Assembly: GCF_000143415.4 (NCBI RefSeq)
Contig: NW_003314266.1
Location: forward strand, 3,956,753-4,020,752
Length of the DNA: 64,000 nt
Direction: 5' to 3'
Source of the DNA: Selaginella moellendorffii
Taxonomy: Eukaryota; Plantae; Lycopodiophyta
The notes under the pieces were generated by a model, which did not search any database, was not told where the DNA came from, and worked only from the letters and a program-made list of their open reading frames with translations. This document shows, one piece after another, positions 12,142 to 24,916 of the stretch (position 1 is the stretch's first letter; the number at the start of each line of letters is the position of its first letter). The position numbers and the translations under genes are program-made.

Positions 12142-13312
12142 TCATGACAAGTTTTGTTTCTCACAACATGCTGCTATGACTTCTTTGATGTCGGGCTCGT
12201 CGCCTGCTTCCTTGTCCTGTATGAAAGAAAAAAAATTCAAGCAAACATAACTTCGAAAGCAAAACGACGAAACCTTGTGGATGTAGAGCAACCGATCTTT
12301 CCCGGGCCCAGCAATGACAATTCCTCCTTGCTGCCTGCGAGCACGCGAAAGGTATCTCTCTAGAATGAAATGAGACCTTACCAGCCACCTCTCTGTACAG
12401 TATCTTTCTCGAAAGAGAGACCCCAGTCTTGTCGATAGCCTTCTAAATGAGCTCCCATAACTCGCATAGCAGCCTTTGACGCTGTAAGTTCAGCTAACAA
12501 CCACGTAGATGGATTTGCGTACCTTGGGATTAAAGATGGTGGACGCGCCAGAGACGAATTGGAACGCGTCAAATGAAGCATGGGTTGGATCGGCATAAAC
12601 TTCTGTAAAACGAGAGGTGTATCAGACATGCGATGACTCATGTAGTTACCTCCGGGGAACTGTGTCTGGCTAGCAAATGCTTTTGCCTAAAGAAAGAGTG
12701 ACTGTGATCAATCCACAAGCTCGCAATGGATCCATGGAAATACCTGGTCGACAGTGCCGGGTCCGACCAGAACAAGCGACACACCAGCAGCATCGAACAC
12801 TTCCTGCAACGAAAGCATCTATCGTAAGAGCATTAAGGAAGAATCTGTTACCTTCTTCGATGCTAGAACATCAGCCCGTTTGCGACAGAGGATACACCTG
12901 ATGATCAGAGAGAAAAATAGAATAAAAGCGACTTCTTGTCACATACCCAAAATGCCGAGCAAAGGCAACGACAGCAGTTCGATCCTTCCACAAATCAGTC
13001 AGAGCGATCACATTGCCCGAAAGATCCAAAACGCTGGCATCGGTCGAAATTCCTAGCAGGAAACAAGAAATCTTAGCTCCAAACGCTAAGAAAGAAAAGC
13101 ATACCAGGCATAAGAGAATCCGCTGCTCCCGCGGCTGCTGCCAATCCGCGCCATCGCCGCTTGCATCCGAGGATCGGCCGCGCCTTCTCCCACCGAAACT
13201 CACAGATCGATCGCCGCGACGAGAATCCTCGCGCTGGATCATCTGCGCCAAGGGTTTTGGCGGAGCAAAGAAGAAGAGCATTGTGAGAATGAGAGGAAAG
13301 AACAGTCGCCAT
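12142..13312 (-). CDS. AhpC/TSA thioredoxin-fold protein (AAED1/PRXL2-like), plastid-targeted, multi-exon
   Basis: Transit-like MATVLSSHSHNALLLCSAKT; VLDLSGNVIALTDLWKDRTAVVAFARHFG, C-x-x-C (CILCRKRAD), EGYRQDWGLSFEKDTVQRGGWQQGG; ends DKEAGDEPDIKEVIAACCEKQNLS*. Confidence 0.9.
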
Positions 13313-13337
13313 GAGGTTTCAATGGCTGTAAACCTGC

Positions 13338-13343
13338 CACGTG
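13338..13343. promoter_or_regulatory. G-box (CACGTG) at the centre of the divergent spacer
   Basis: GCCACGTGTA lies between the ATGs at 13312(-) and 13372(+). Confidence 0.4.
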
Positions 13344-13371
13344 TACGCTCGAGGTTTGTGGTGATTTTCCA

Positions 13372-14576
<1,205 letters not shown>

Positions 14577-14894
14577 AAATGGAGGCAATACACCAAAGAT
14601 CGTCAAGAACAAGCACACGAGGAAATTCGCAGTACAGAATCCATCAAAGGATCAAAGGATCGGAATTTATGGAGAGAGCAAAGCTTTTGGAGAACTTATC
14701 TTAGTCAAGATCACGAAAACTTGTCCATATCCCAAAGCGCTATAAACTTCCCCTGACACGAAAGTAACACTATTATAAACTAGATCTCCGGGAGTTTTTC
14801 CCCGGGATCTCTCTTTTTCTCCCCCTTCAACCACTGACACCACTACGTACAAGGATAAGACTTTGCTTGGCCCTGGATTGGAGCTTTATTTGTT

Positions 14895-15497
14895 CTAGCA
14901 GCGAGGATTGGGAGGCGCTCCATGGTCGCAATTGGAAGCCGGCATCCAGTGATACTTGGTCTTGAATCCATTCCCAGCGCGCTCCATCACTGGGTCTCGC
15001 ACCCACTGATCGATCGTGAAGATCTCGCGGCTCACGCACTTGTTGCTCCCGGATTGCCTCACCGAGACGTTGAGGCCCTTGACGTACCACGAGGAGCTCG
15101 GGTACTTGCCGTTCTGGGTCACCTCCACCTTGCAGATCCGGCCGATGCAAGCGTTGGTGGCCACGAATCGATCCACGGCATTGCGCTCGAAGTTGTTCCC
15201 GGGGCGCTGGAGCTGGAAGTTGAGGGATTGATCGGCGGAGTTGGCCGTGCCCGCGCCTTCGCGATCGCCAGTGAAAACTTCCACCATGTATGTGCATTGC
15301 CCCTGAAACAGAGACGCGAACAATCAAGATCACAGTGGATCTCCAAAGAAATCATCAAGAAGAAAAAGAAGAAGAAGAAGCACTGGAGGAGGAAGAAAAA
15401 GAGGAAGAAGAGGAAGAAGAAGAAACAAGTTTTGGGTTCTTACATTGGTGCGCTGTGTGATCGTTGTGATCGCGATCAAGAACAACACAAGCCTCAT
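14895..15497 (-). CDS. Secreted PLAT/LH2-domain protein, copy 1 (24-nt in-frame deletion)
   Basis: Signal exon MRLVLFLIAITTITQRTN, intron with purine/pyrimidine microsatellite, then GQCTYMVEVFTGDREGAGT...NNFERNAVDRF...SSWYV; lacks DADVFLRL present in copy 2. Confidence 0.8.
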
Positions 15498-16561
15498 TCT
15501 TTCAAAAAACTTAAGCGTCCAAGCAAACAAACTTGGAGAAAGAATGTGGCTAGAATTTCTCCCGAACAAGTTATAAGAGAGCTTTTTCGCGCATTAAATT
15601 TGCAGCTTTATGTACCCATGTGATGGGGCATGTGGTTTCTGGTCACCGCACATGTAAGGTTCTCAAGAACCCTAAAAGCAGAGCGCCCAAATTCTAAATC
15701 CCTAAAACAGAGCATTTTCAATCGAAGACTCTCTTGTGCGATAGGGTTCTTGGCATTTTGATATCTCGCGTGGAATGGAATGTTGGAATGCATGTTGGGT
15801 TGCAAGGAAATGCGCAATCAATCACCAATTGTGGTGGATTGCGATCAAAGTTTACACAGTCCTTATTAATGATAATACACTGACTTCAGAAAAATATTCA
15901 TGTATCCTCTCCACAATCTTAAATCCTTTCGTGGCCATGTAAGGTACAAAATCTAAAATAAAAAGAATTGACAATGCTCTTGGAAGAAAATAAAAAATAT
16001 TGCAAGCAAATTAACAATGCACCCATAGATAAGAAATTTAGAGCTAGATGCTACACTCAAAACATACAAAAGTGCAAAAGATCATGGTTGGTGAGTTATT
16101 TCTTCTATAGGTAGAAATTTTATGTTTTTTACACAAGAGAAAAATTGAGTTTTCTTTAGGAAGAGAGAAACTTTGGCACTTGCTCTTTTCATGGCCTGTT
16201 TAGCATTTATGATAATTAGGTTTGGGTGCTTGAAATTACTAAATTTGAAATTCTGAAAATAAAATTAAGTTTGAGCCTCGATTTGGCAAGAGAAGAGGAA
16301 GGTTTGGTCCTCCTATATGTTATAAATATGGAACATGTCAAATCTCACAAATTTTCATAAAAAGCTGTATAACTTTTAAGAATTATTATAAGTTTACAAG
16401 TTTTTACAAAAACTTTTCTCATATATTTTCAAGCCATGGCCATAGATGAGCATATGCCACCTATGCAAAATAGATAAGATGGCTGCAAATTTCTAAAGGA
16501 TTGTATTGCATCAAGGTGGATTTCACACTTCGCAGCAAGATATAGATAAATACAAATTTAT

Positions 16562-18255
16562 TGCGAGACACAAAATCCCTAAACCCCAAAGTGGAGCTGA
16601 AAGGGTGCCACGGGGTAGTGGCCGAAGCGAAAACCAAACAAGTGTAACATGTTTGGACCAAAAGCTTTGACTTGAAAAGTTGAGAGCGGGAGTAGAACTC
16701 CCAACAAAGTGCTTGAAGAACGAGCACGAAGTGAGCAATAAGCGAAGCTCCAAAAAAGAGACCCAAAAGGACTAACACATGATACGTGGAAATGTCCGAA
16801 GTGGAGTCCGAGATGGACCCGAGATGGATCCGAGTTGGAGTCCGAGGTGGAGTCTGAGATGGACCCAAGAAAGACCCGAGATGAACCCGAGATGGATCCG
16901 AGTTAGAGTCCGAGGTGGAGTTCGAGATGGACCTGAGAAGGACCTAAGATAAAGTCCGAGATGGACTTGAGATGGAGTCTGAGATGGAGTCCGAGAAGGA
17001 CCCGAGATGGAATTCGAGATGGACCAAGACGGAGTCCGAGATGGAGTCCGAGATGGACTCGAAATGGAATCTGAGATGGAGTCCAAGAAGGACCCGAGAT
17101 GGAGTCCGAGGTCGAGACCGGGACCGAGACCAAGATTGGGACCGAGACCGAGACCGAGGCCGAGGCCGAGGCCGAGGCCGAGATCGAGCCCGAGCCCAAG
17201 TTCGAGTCCGAGTCCGAGTCCGAGTTCGAGTTCGAGTCTAAGTCTGAGTTCGAGTCTGAGAGGGTGAAAGCCCAAAGCATTCATCTCCTAAACCCTGGGG
17301 GGTTTGGTGAGCTCCAAAAGTATAGTAAGGGGGAGGACTGCATTGGAGCCAGTTTGGCCAGGAAAGGCTAATTTGGCCCAAAAAAGCTATACCCAGTGTT
17401 GGGTGATGAGCTGCCCACTAGGAAGTCCAAGACTAGAGTGAATACGAACCGACAAACAGGGTAGTTTGGTGAAGTGTTCAAGAGCCAGCTCTAGTTCCCC
17501 TGGGAGATCGATTAGCCAATGCTCCCAGTCCAAATGTGGGTGGCACTACCTACTTGGATACCTGGTGTAGCTCAATGGAACCTCGCTCTAAGCCCATGGC
17601 TAAAGCACCTAAAGGCGGAAGGCGGGAAGAGTACCTATAAGGCCCGTGTAAGGCCACAGTTTTCCGAAATGTTGTCCCAAAGTCCCAGTCTGTGGAAAAG
17701 AAGAGGAATAGCCCTTTGATGTGGTGACCAAGGACATAATCACATAGTGAGGAAGTCCTAAAGGATAGCGGGACTTAGTGGTTGGGTCCGTGAGCCTTGA
17801 TCCAGTGGCAGTGTTGGCGAACATGGCCAAAGACATAAAAGGACTTGGTGAAGATTGGAATGGAGATATTGGGGAAGGCTATTCCTTATGTCTGCAGGCA
17901 TCCTAAGGATGCTAAGGAGTGGATCTGGGATGACCACTCATGGGCAAGTGGCCCAGTCTTAGAGAGATGGGATTGCAATGTAGGTGGTGTTAAACCACCG
18001 ATGTGACCAAGGTGAATGAGCGTGGCCTAGCGTAACAGGCTCATATGTTGGTGGTACCTTGGGGTGTCGGTCATGGGATCGGACACGTGGAGCATTTGGA
18101 CCAAGTATAAAGGTTGAGTGGTATAGATGCCATTCTTGGGGCTAGCAAGCCCCAAGTCCTGAATGAGACTTATGGAGGTTGTGAATAAGACTCCTCCAAA
18201 TGGTCGGAGGTGTGGTTAAATGACTAAAGTAGAATGGAAAATTTAGTCATTTACA
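16562..18255. mobile_element. Solo LTR (1694 bp) with internal minisatellite
   Basis: TG(C)GAG...TTACA termini; TSD TTTAT at 16557-16561 and 18256-18260; homologous to 18460-20188. Confidence 0.85.
16795..17260 (+). repeat. Minisatellite: 11/12-bp GAGATGGACCC / GAGATGGAGTCC units, then 6-bp GAG(A/G/T)CC units
   Basis: Directly visible. Confidence 0.9.
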
Positions 18256-18459
18256 TTTATACTGTAAGAAGATTACTAGAACCCAAAATACTACAAAGAT
18301 AATGTTCCCTAGGGTGATTTTATGCGTAACTACCCATGCCATGATCAATCCTCGACTTTGTTATTATTATGCTTTATTGTTTGTTGTGATTGACCAATTA
18401 ATTGTGCAAATTTATCTTTTTCTATGAGAATGTGGAGGAGAATTACTACTGCTACACTG

Positions 18460-20188
18460 TGTGAGACACAAAATCCCTAGGCCCCAAAGTGGAGCCGGAG
18501 GGGTGCCACGTGGTAGTGGCCGAAGCGAAAGCCAAACGAGCGTAACACGTTTGGACTAAAAGCTCCACCTTGAAAGGTCGAGAGCGGGAGTGGAACTCCC
18601 AATGAAGTGCTCGAGGAACAAGCACAAAGAGAGCAATAAGCGAGGCTCCAAAAAGGGACCCAAAAGGACCAACATATGACACGTGGGAGTGTCCGAGATG
18701 GACCCGAGTTGGAGTCCGAAGTGGAGTTCGAGAAGGACCCCGAGATGGAGTCCGAGGTGGAGTCCGAGGTGGACCCGAGATAGACCCGAAATGGACCCGA
18801 GATGGGACCCGAGATGAACCCGAGATGGAGTCCGAGATGGAGTCTGAGATGGACCCGAGATGGAGTCCGAGATGGACCCGAGATGGAGTCCGAGATGGAG
18901 TCCGAGATGGACCCGAGATGGACCCAAGATGGAGTCCGAGATGGAGTCCGAGAAGGACCCGAGATGGAGTCTGAGGTGGAGTCCGAGATGGAGTCCGAGA
19001 TGGACCCGAGATGGACCCGAGATGGAGTCCGAGATGGACCCGAGATAGAGTCCGAAGTCGAGACCAGGACCAAAACCGAGACCGGGACCGAGACCGAGAC
19101 CGAGATCGGGACCGAGACCGAGACCGAGGCCGAGGCCGAGTCCGAGTCCGAGTCCGAGTCCGAGTCCGAGGCCGAGTCCGAGTTCGAGCCTGAGAGGGTG
19201 AAAGCCCAAAGCGTTCGTCTCCCAGACCCTGAGGGGTTTGGTGAGCTCCAAAAGTATAGTAGGGGGGAGGACTGCAGTGGAGCTAGTTTGGCCAGGAAAG
19301 GCCAGTTTGGCCCAGGAAGGCCGGACCCAGTGTTGGGTGATGAGCTGCCCATTGGGAAGTCCAAAACTAGAGTGAACATGGACCGACAAGCGGGGTAGCT
19401 TAGTGAAGTGTTCAAGAGCCGGCTCTAGTCCCCTGGGAGATCATCTGGCCGATGCTCCTAGTCCAAGTGTGGGTGGCACTACCTACTTGGATACCTGGTG
19501 TGGCTCAACGGAACCTCACTCTAAGCCCATGGCTAGAGCACCCAAAGGCAGAAGGCGAGAAGAGTACCCATGAGGCCCGCGTAGGGCCACGGTGTTCCGA
19601 AATGTTGTCCCAAAGTCCCAGACTGTGGAAAGGAAGAGGAGTAGCCCTCTGGTGTGGTGATAAAGGACACGGTCACCCAGTGAGGAAGTCCCAGAGGACA
19701 GTTGGACTTAGAGGTCAGGCCTGTGGGCCTTGATCCAGTGGCAGTGTGGGTGAACACGGCCATGGACAAAAAGGGACTTGGTGGGGACCAGAAAGGAGAT
19801 ATTAGGGAAGGCTATTTCCCATGTCTGCGGGCAGCCTAAGGATGCTAAGGAGTGGATCTGGGATGACCACTCATGGACGGATAGCCCAGTCTTGGAGAGA
19901 CGGGATTGCAATGTAGATGGTGTTGGACCACCGATGTGACCAAGGTGATTGGGCATGGCCTAGCGTAACAGGCTGGTATGTTGGTGGTGCCTTGGGGTGT
20001 CGGTCAAGGGATCGGACACGTGGAGCACTTGGACCAAGTGCAAAAGTTGAGTGGCATGGATGCCATTCGCGGGGCTAACAAGCCCCAAGTTTTGAATGGG
20101 ACTTATGGAGGTCGTGAATGAGACTCCTCCAAGTGGTCGGAGGTGCGGTTAAGTGACTAAAGTAGAATGAAAAAATTAATCGCTTACA
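18460..20188. mobile_element. Solo LTR (1729 bp), same family, with internal minisatellite
   Basis: TGTGAG...CTTACA termini; TSD CACTG at 18455-18459 and 20189-20193. Confidence 0.88.
18690..19190 (+). repeat. Same minisatellite in the second solo LTR
   Basis: Directly visible. Confidence 0.9.
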
Positions 20189-20824
20189 CACTGTTGTGAT
20201 GGTGGAGAATAGAGCCAAGGAGTAGTGATGAAGTTGTCCTCTTCAAAACTTACAAGTGCTCTTGTAATCTTCACTTGCTGAAATTTCGGTGTCAATTAGG
20301 TTAAATGAGAGATCCCATAAAAGAAAATTGGGGCAATCGTTTAAGCTAGGAGAGGCACTTGCAAAAATGTCTAACTCCACACTTCACTCCACCCAACTCC
20401 ATGGTTGCCTTGCCACTTTCTAAGCTCACACTCTGATACTTTTGAAACTCTAAATTAAATTACTTAACAAGGTAGCATATGTGCCATCTATGTGGTATAA
20501 TCCCATAAAACTCATGCCATGGCACTATCACATAAAGTCATGTTTTGATTGCTCTTATAGTAATCAAAAAGTTTTTAAAACTTTGCAAAACTTTCACAAA
20601 CAAACAAAAGTGAATACAAATAAATTTCTCAAAACAAAAACCAGGTTTGGCATCCCGAACTTGATAATCACATATCCATTGCCATAGCCTGGGAGCATAA
20701 AAAGCCAAATTGCTAGTGTTTAAGTCTTTTGCAAAGGCTAAAATTTTTCAAAGCTGCTACATGTTTTGCCAATAAGTAATAACAACATTGGCTCCAATTG
20801 ATATTTCAGGATATATTATTATTT

Positions 20825-21640
20825 TCAAGTTTCAACATTAGTTATTTGTCTGCTATTTCTCTTCTTTATAACTAATATTACCATTTCCACCAGTAATAGG
20901 AAAGCAAGAAAGAGTCCATCATAAAAACCATCCTATTTCTCCACCTTCAATCAGAATATATGCTATCACATATTGGGATCATAGGTAAAAAAGTTTCCAA
21001 AAATCCATCCATCAAATGTTAGATACTCAGCAAATTTTTGTTTTCTCGTTTCCACAGACTAATTTCTATGCGCCATCTTATCCATCCATATATTCCTGTA
21101 GAAGCATGTGCTACTGCAGATACTATTTGTAAACCAATAAACCACTACTGATCTGAAACATATGTGCTTGCAAATGCACTTCCACCCCCAGTAACAAGAC
21201 TAGCCACCATGCATAGCTTGTGTTGAGAGCTTGTGATAACTCCAAGGACAACTAAAACAATAGTAATTTAGTTGGTAAGCAGTTGTATTTTTAAAATTTA
21301 AATGTAGCTCACCTCCAAGCACATAGCCAAGTAATAGGAGCGTATATATATACGGAGTCAAACAAGGGAGTTACCAATATCTGATTACAGAGTATTTTGG
21401 TCCAATATTTGCAGGAGCGAAATAATAAGAATAAATGCCCCAAGGTGTAGCGCGTTACAGTTCTTTTGACAGTGAGAAAAACCATATGGGCAATGCCACT
21501 TTGGAGGATAAAACGTGATAACAATGGTATATATGTAAAAGAGAAGTTCCCACAACGAAATAGCTAAAAGTATGAAATACCAGTCCACGGAAAACCTTAC
21601 GAACCATATTCTGTTTAGCTGTGTAATATACAAGCATATT
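20825..21640 (-). pseudogene. Pseudogene paralog of the orphan multi-pass membrane gene
   Basis: Homologous to 22515-23420 with the same intron; indel after CNALHL and TGG-TAA where the intact copy has TGG-CAA. Confidence 0.75.
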
Positions 21641-22514
21641 CTGCTGGTTTAAAGGCGCTAAACCTTTGCTCGCAGCGGCGGCAGCAGCCATGGACGATCG
21701 CAGCAGCAGAACAGCTGCTCGATCTTTTCCATGGCGAGCTCGTCCAACTCCGCTATCGTGAAGCACTGCTGCTGCTGCTTTCCATCAATGCGGTTGGATT
21801 TGAGCAGCGCGGCGCCATACCTGCAAGAAGAAAATCGTCGATCGGATGAAATCCGAAAGAGAAAAGAAAAGAGATTGCTGCTTTCTATCGAGCAAACGAA
21901 AAATCAGAGGAAACAAAAGTTCTAAAGAATTTTGATCACGAAATAACACCCTATTCTTTTATTGAAAACCTAGAATCACCGATGTTCTAAACCATCTTGG
22001 CACAAGCTTCGAAGAAACAAATAAAAGAAAAAAACAATTGCATAACTTCAGAGTACTGTGCTTGATGCCGCACTGGATTCGGTGAGCGATCCCATGCTGA
22101 GTGGTGCCGACTCTGAGGTGTAAGGAATCGTTGAGGTAGAACAACGTCGACTGTTCTCTGTCCAGAACGTAGTGAAAGATGGCCTTGAGAGCTTTTCCCA
22201 AGTTCTTTTCCGCAAGAGTATTACCGTGATACCAAATCAAAGAAAAGAAATCAATCCACGCATGAGCTCCATCTCTAGGGAAAAAACAAACAATCAAAAA
22301 AGAGAAAACTCCAATCTGCATGAAAAGGCCAGTGCAGAGAAACTCACGATTTGCCCCACCCCAAAAACATCAGGCAGCTAAACAGAAATGAATTCACGGA
22401 GAAAACTTACGGGGAAACATTCACACATCATGAGAGAAATTGATGCCTAGACGAATCACCTTGTGAACAAATTCCACCGCCCGACAGCGGCCAGTTTAGG
22501 ATATATTATTATTT

Positions 22515-23516
22515 TCAAGTGTCAACATTAGTTACTCGTCTGCTACTTATCATCCTTCTAACTAATACAACCATTTCCACCACTAATAGGACGGCAAGAA
22601 GAAAGTCCATAATAGAAACCATCCTATTTCCCCACCTCCAATCAGAATATATGTGGTCACATATGGGGTCGATCAAAGGAAACAAAATCTGAAATCCAAG
22701 CGAAATATGTAAGAAAGCCAGCAGACCCCCTTCATTACCATTCCTGATTTCTTCATCTATCACCCTATATTCTATGATCCATCTTTTCAATCCATATATT
22801 CCTGTAGAAGCATGTGCTACTGCAGATACTACTTGTAAACCAAAAAACCACCACCGATCTGAAACATATGTGCTTGCAAACGCACTTGCACCCCCAATGA
22901 CAAGACTAGCCACCATGCATAGCTTGTGTTGAGAGCCTGTGATAACTCCAATGACAACTAAAACAATAATAAGTTAATTGGTAAGCAGTTGTATTTCTAG
23001 AATAAATGTAGCTCACCTCCAAGCACATAGCCAAGTAATAGGAGTGTATATATAAACGGAATCAAACAAGGGAATTGCCAATATCGGATAACAGAGTATT
23101 TTGTTCCAATATTTACATGACCATATAATGTAGACAAAGAGCCCCAATGGTAACTTGGGTGTAGCGCATTACAGCTCTTTTGACAGTGAGAAACACCATG
23201 TGGGCAATGCCACTCTGGATAATCAAATGTGATAATAATGGTGCATATGTAAAATAGAAGTTCCCAAAAGGAAATAGTTGCAAGTATAAAATACCACCAC
23301 TTGTACGAGAATTCCATGAGAAACCTTATGAACCCTAATTTTTTTCTTAGCTTTAAAATCTATTTAAGCAAAAGGAAAGGGAATCTTAACTTCATTTAAT
23401 ATACAAGCATATTCTGCTGTTTTAAAACCTTCTCTTGGCGACGCCGGGCGAAGAGATGCTCCACAGCGACGCGGATTGATCCCTCCCTTTGCTCGCAGAC
23501 CCAAGTTCTTCCCCAT
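22515..23516 (-). CDS. Orphan ~6-TM membrane protein with Cys/His-rich loop; start uncertain (23317 or an upstream exon near 23516)
   Basis: ORFs 22997-23317 and 22515-22916 join in frame through a GT-AG intron (YVLG|VVIGVITGSQHKLCMVASL); six hydrophobic segments; loop WHCPHGVSHCQKSCNALH. Confidence 0.6.
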
Positions 23517-23547
23517 CTCATTTGCAACTAACCTCGGATTGCAGCTG

Positions 23548-24916
23548 CTGGTTCCTCTCAGATCGAGATGGGAAGCACCAAGCTGAGGATTGGATCCACA
23601 ATCTTTGGAGCTCGAGAGTACCCAGCAAAGAAATAGAAATGGAGCCAATACACTAAAGATCGTCAAGAACAAGAACATGAGGAAATTCGCTGTACAGAAT
23701 CCTTGTCAAAGGATCGGAATTTATGCTTTTGGAGAACTTCTCTTAGTTAAGATCACGAAAATTTGTCCATATCCCAAAGCGCTATAAACTTCCCCTGACA
23801 CGAAAGTAACATTATTATAAACTAGATCTCCGGGAGTTTTTCCCCGGGATCTCTCTTTTCCTCCCCCTTCAATCACTGACACCACTACGTACAAGGATAA
23901 GACTTTGCTTGGCCCTGGATTGGAGCTTCGTTCTAGCAGCGAGGATTGGGAAGCGCTCCATGGTCGCAATTGGAAGCCGGCATCCAGTGATACTTGGTCT
24001 TGAATCCATTCCCAGCGCGCTCCATCACTGGGTCTCGCACCCACTGATCGATCGTGAAGATCTCGCGGCTCACGCACTTGTTGCTCCCGGATTGCCTCAC
24101 CGAGACGTTGAGGCCCTTGACGTACCACGAGGAGCTCGGGTACTTGCCGTTCTGGGTCACCTCCACCTTGCAGATCCGGCCGATGCAAGCGTTGGTGGCC
24201 ACGAATCGATCCACGGCATTGCGCTCGAAGTTGTTCCCGGGGCGCTGGAGCTGGAAGTTGAGGGATTGATCGGCGGAGTTGGCCAGGCGGAGGAAGACGT
24301 CGGCGTCGGTGCCCGCGCCTTCGCGATCGCCAGTGGAAACTTCCACCATGTATATGCATTGCCCCTGAAAAAGAGACGCGAACAATCAAGATCACAGTGG
24401 ATCTCCAAAGAAATCATCAAGAAGAAGAAGAAGAAAGAAGCACTGGAGGAGGAAGAGGAAGAAGAGGAAGAAGAGGAAGAAGAAGACCTAGAAGAAGAAG
24501 AATGAAAGAAGTTTTGGGTTCTTACATTGGTGTGCGGTATGATCGTTGTGATCGCGATCAAGAACAACACAAGCCTCATTCTTTCAAGAAACTTGGAGAA
24601 ACAATCGAAAGCGTCCAAGCAAGCAAACTTGGAGAAAGAATGTGGCTATAATTTCTCGCGAACAAGTTATAGGAGAGCTTTTTCGCGCATTAAATTTGCA
24701 GCTTTATGTACCCATGTGATGGGGCATGTGGTTTCTGGTCACCGCACATGTAAGTTTCTCAAGAACCCTAAACGCAGAGCAAATTCTAAATCCCTAAAAC
24801 AGAGCACTCACTCTACAACCCTAAAACAGAGCATTTTCAATCGAAGACTGGAATGCATGTTGGGTTGCAAGGAAATGCGCAATCAATTACCAGTTGTGGT
24901 GGATCGCGATCAAAGT
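23548..24916. repeat. Right copy of ~1.36 kb duplication (orphan PLPBP last exon, PLAT gene, PAE 3' end)
   Basis: Near-identical to 14488-15851. Confidence 0.92.
23933..24579 (-). CDS. Secreted PLAT/LH2-domain protein, copy 2 (full-length)
   Basis: MRLVLFLIAITTIIPHTN|GQCIYMVEVSTGDREGAGTDADVFLRL...FERNAVDRF...WYV; PLAT consensus Y-x-V-x-V-x-TG...AGTDA-x-V. Confidence 0.88.

Noticed and set aside
15355-15425. Poly-Lys/Arg or poly-Glu ORFs (also 24415-24505)
   Set aside because: GAA/GAG microsatellite on the antisense of the PLAT intron
16772-19415. Low-complexity ORFs (GLHLG, SDSIS, MESE repeats) as proteins, or the array as CRISPR-like
   Set aside because: They are by-products of a minisatellite; there are no unique spacers and the context is eukaryotic
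16562-20188. A single LTR element with two 1.7-kb LTRs
   Set aside because: Outer flanks (TTTAT, CACTG) do not match each other; each repeat has its own TSD
21959-22381. ORFs between the two membrane-gene copies
   Set aside because: No recognisable motif and no consistent splice model could be built
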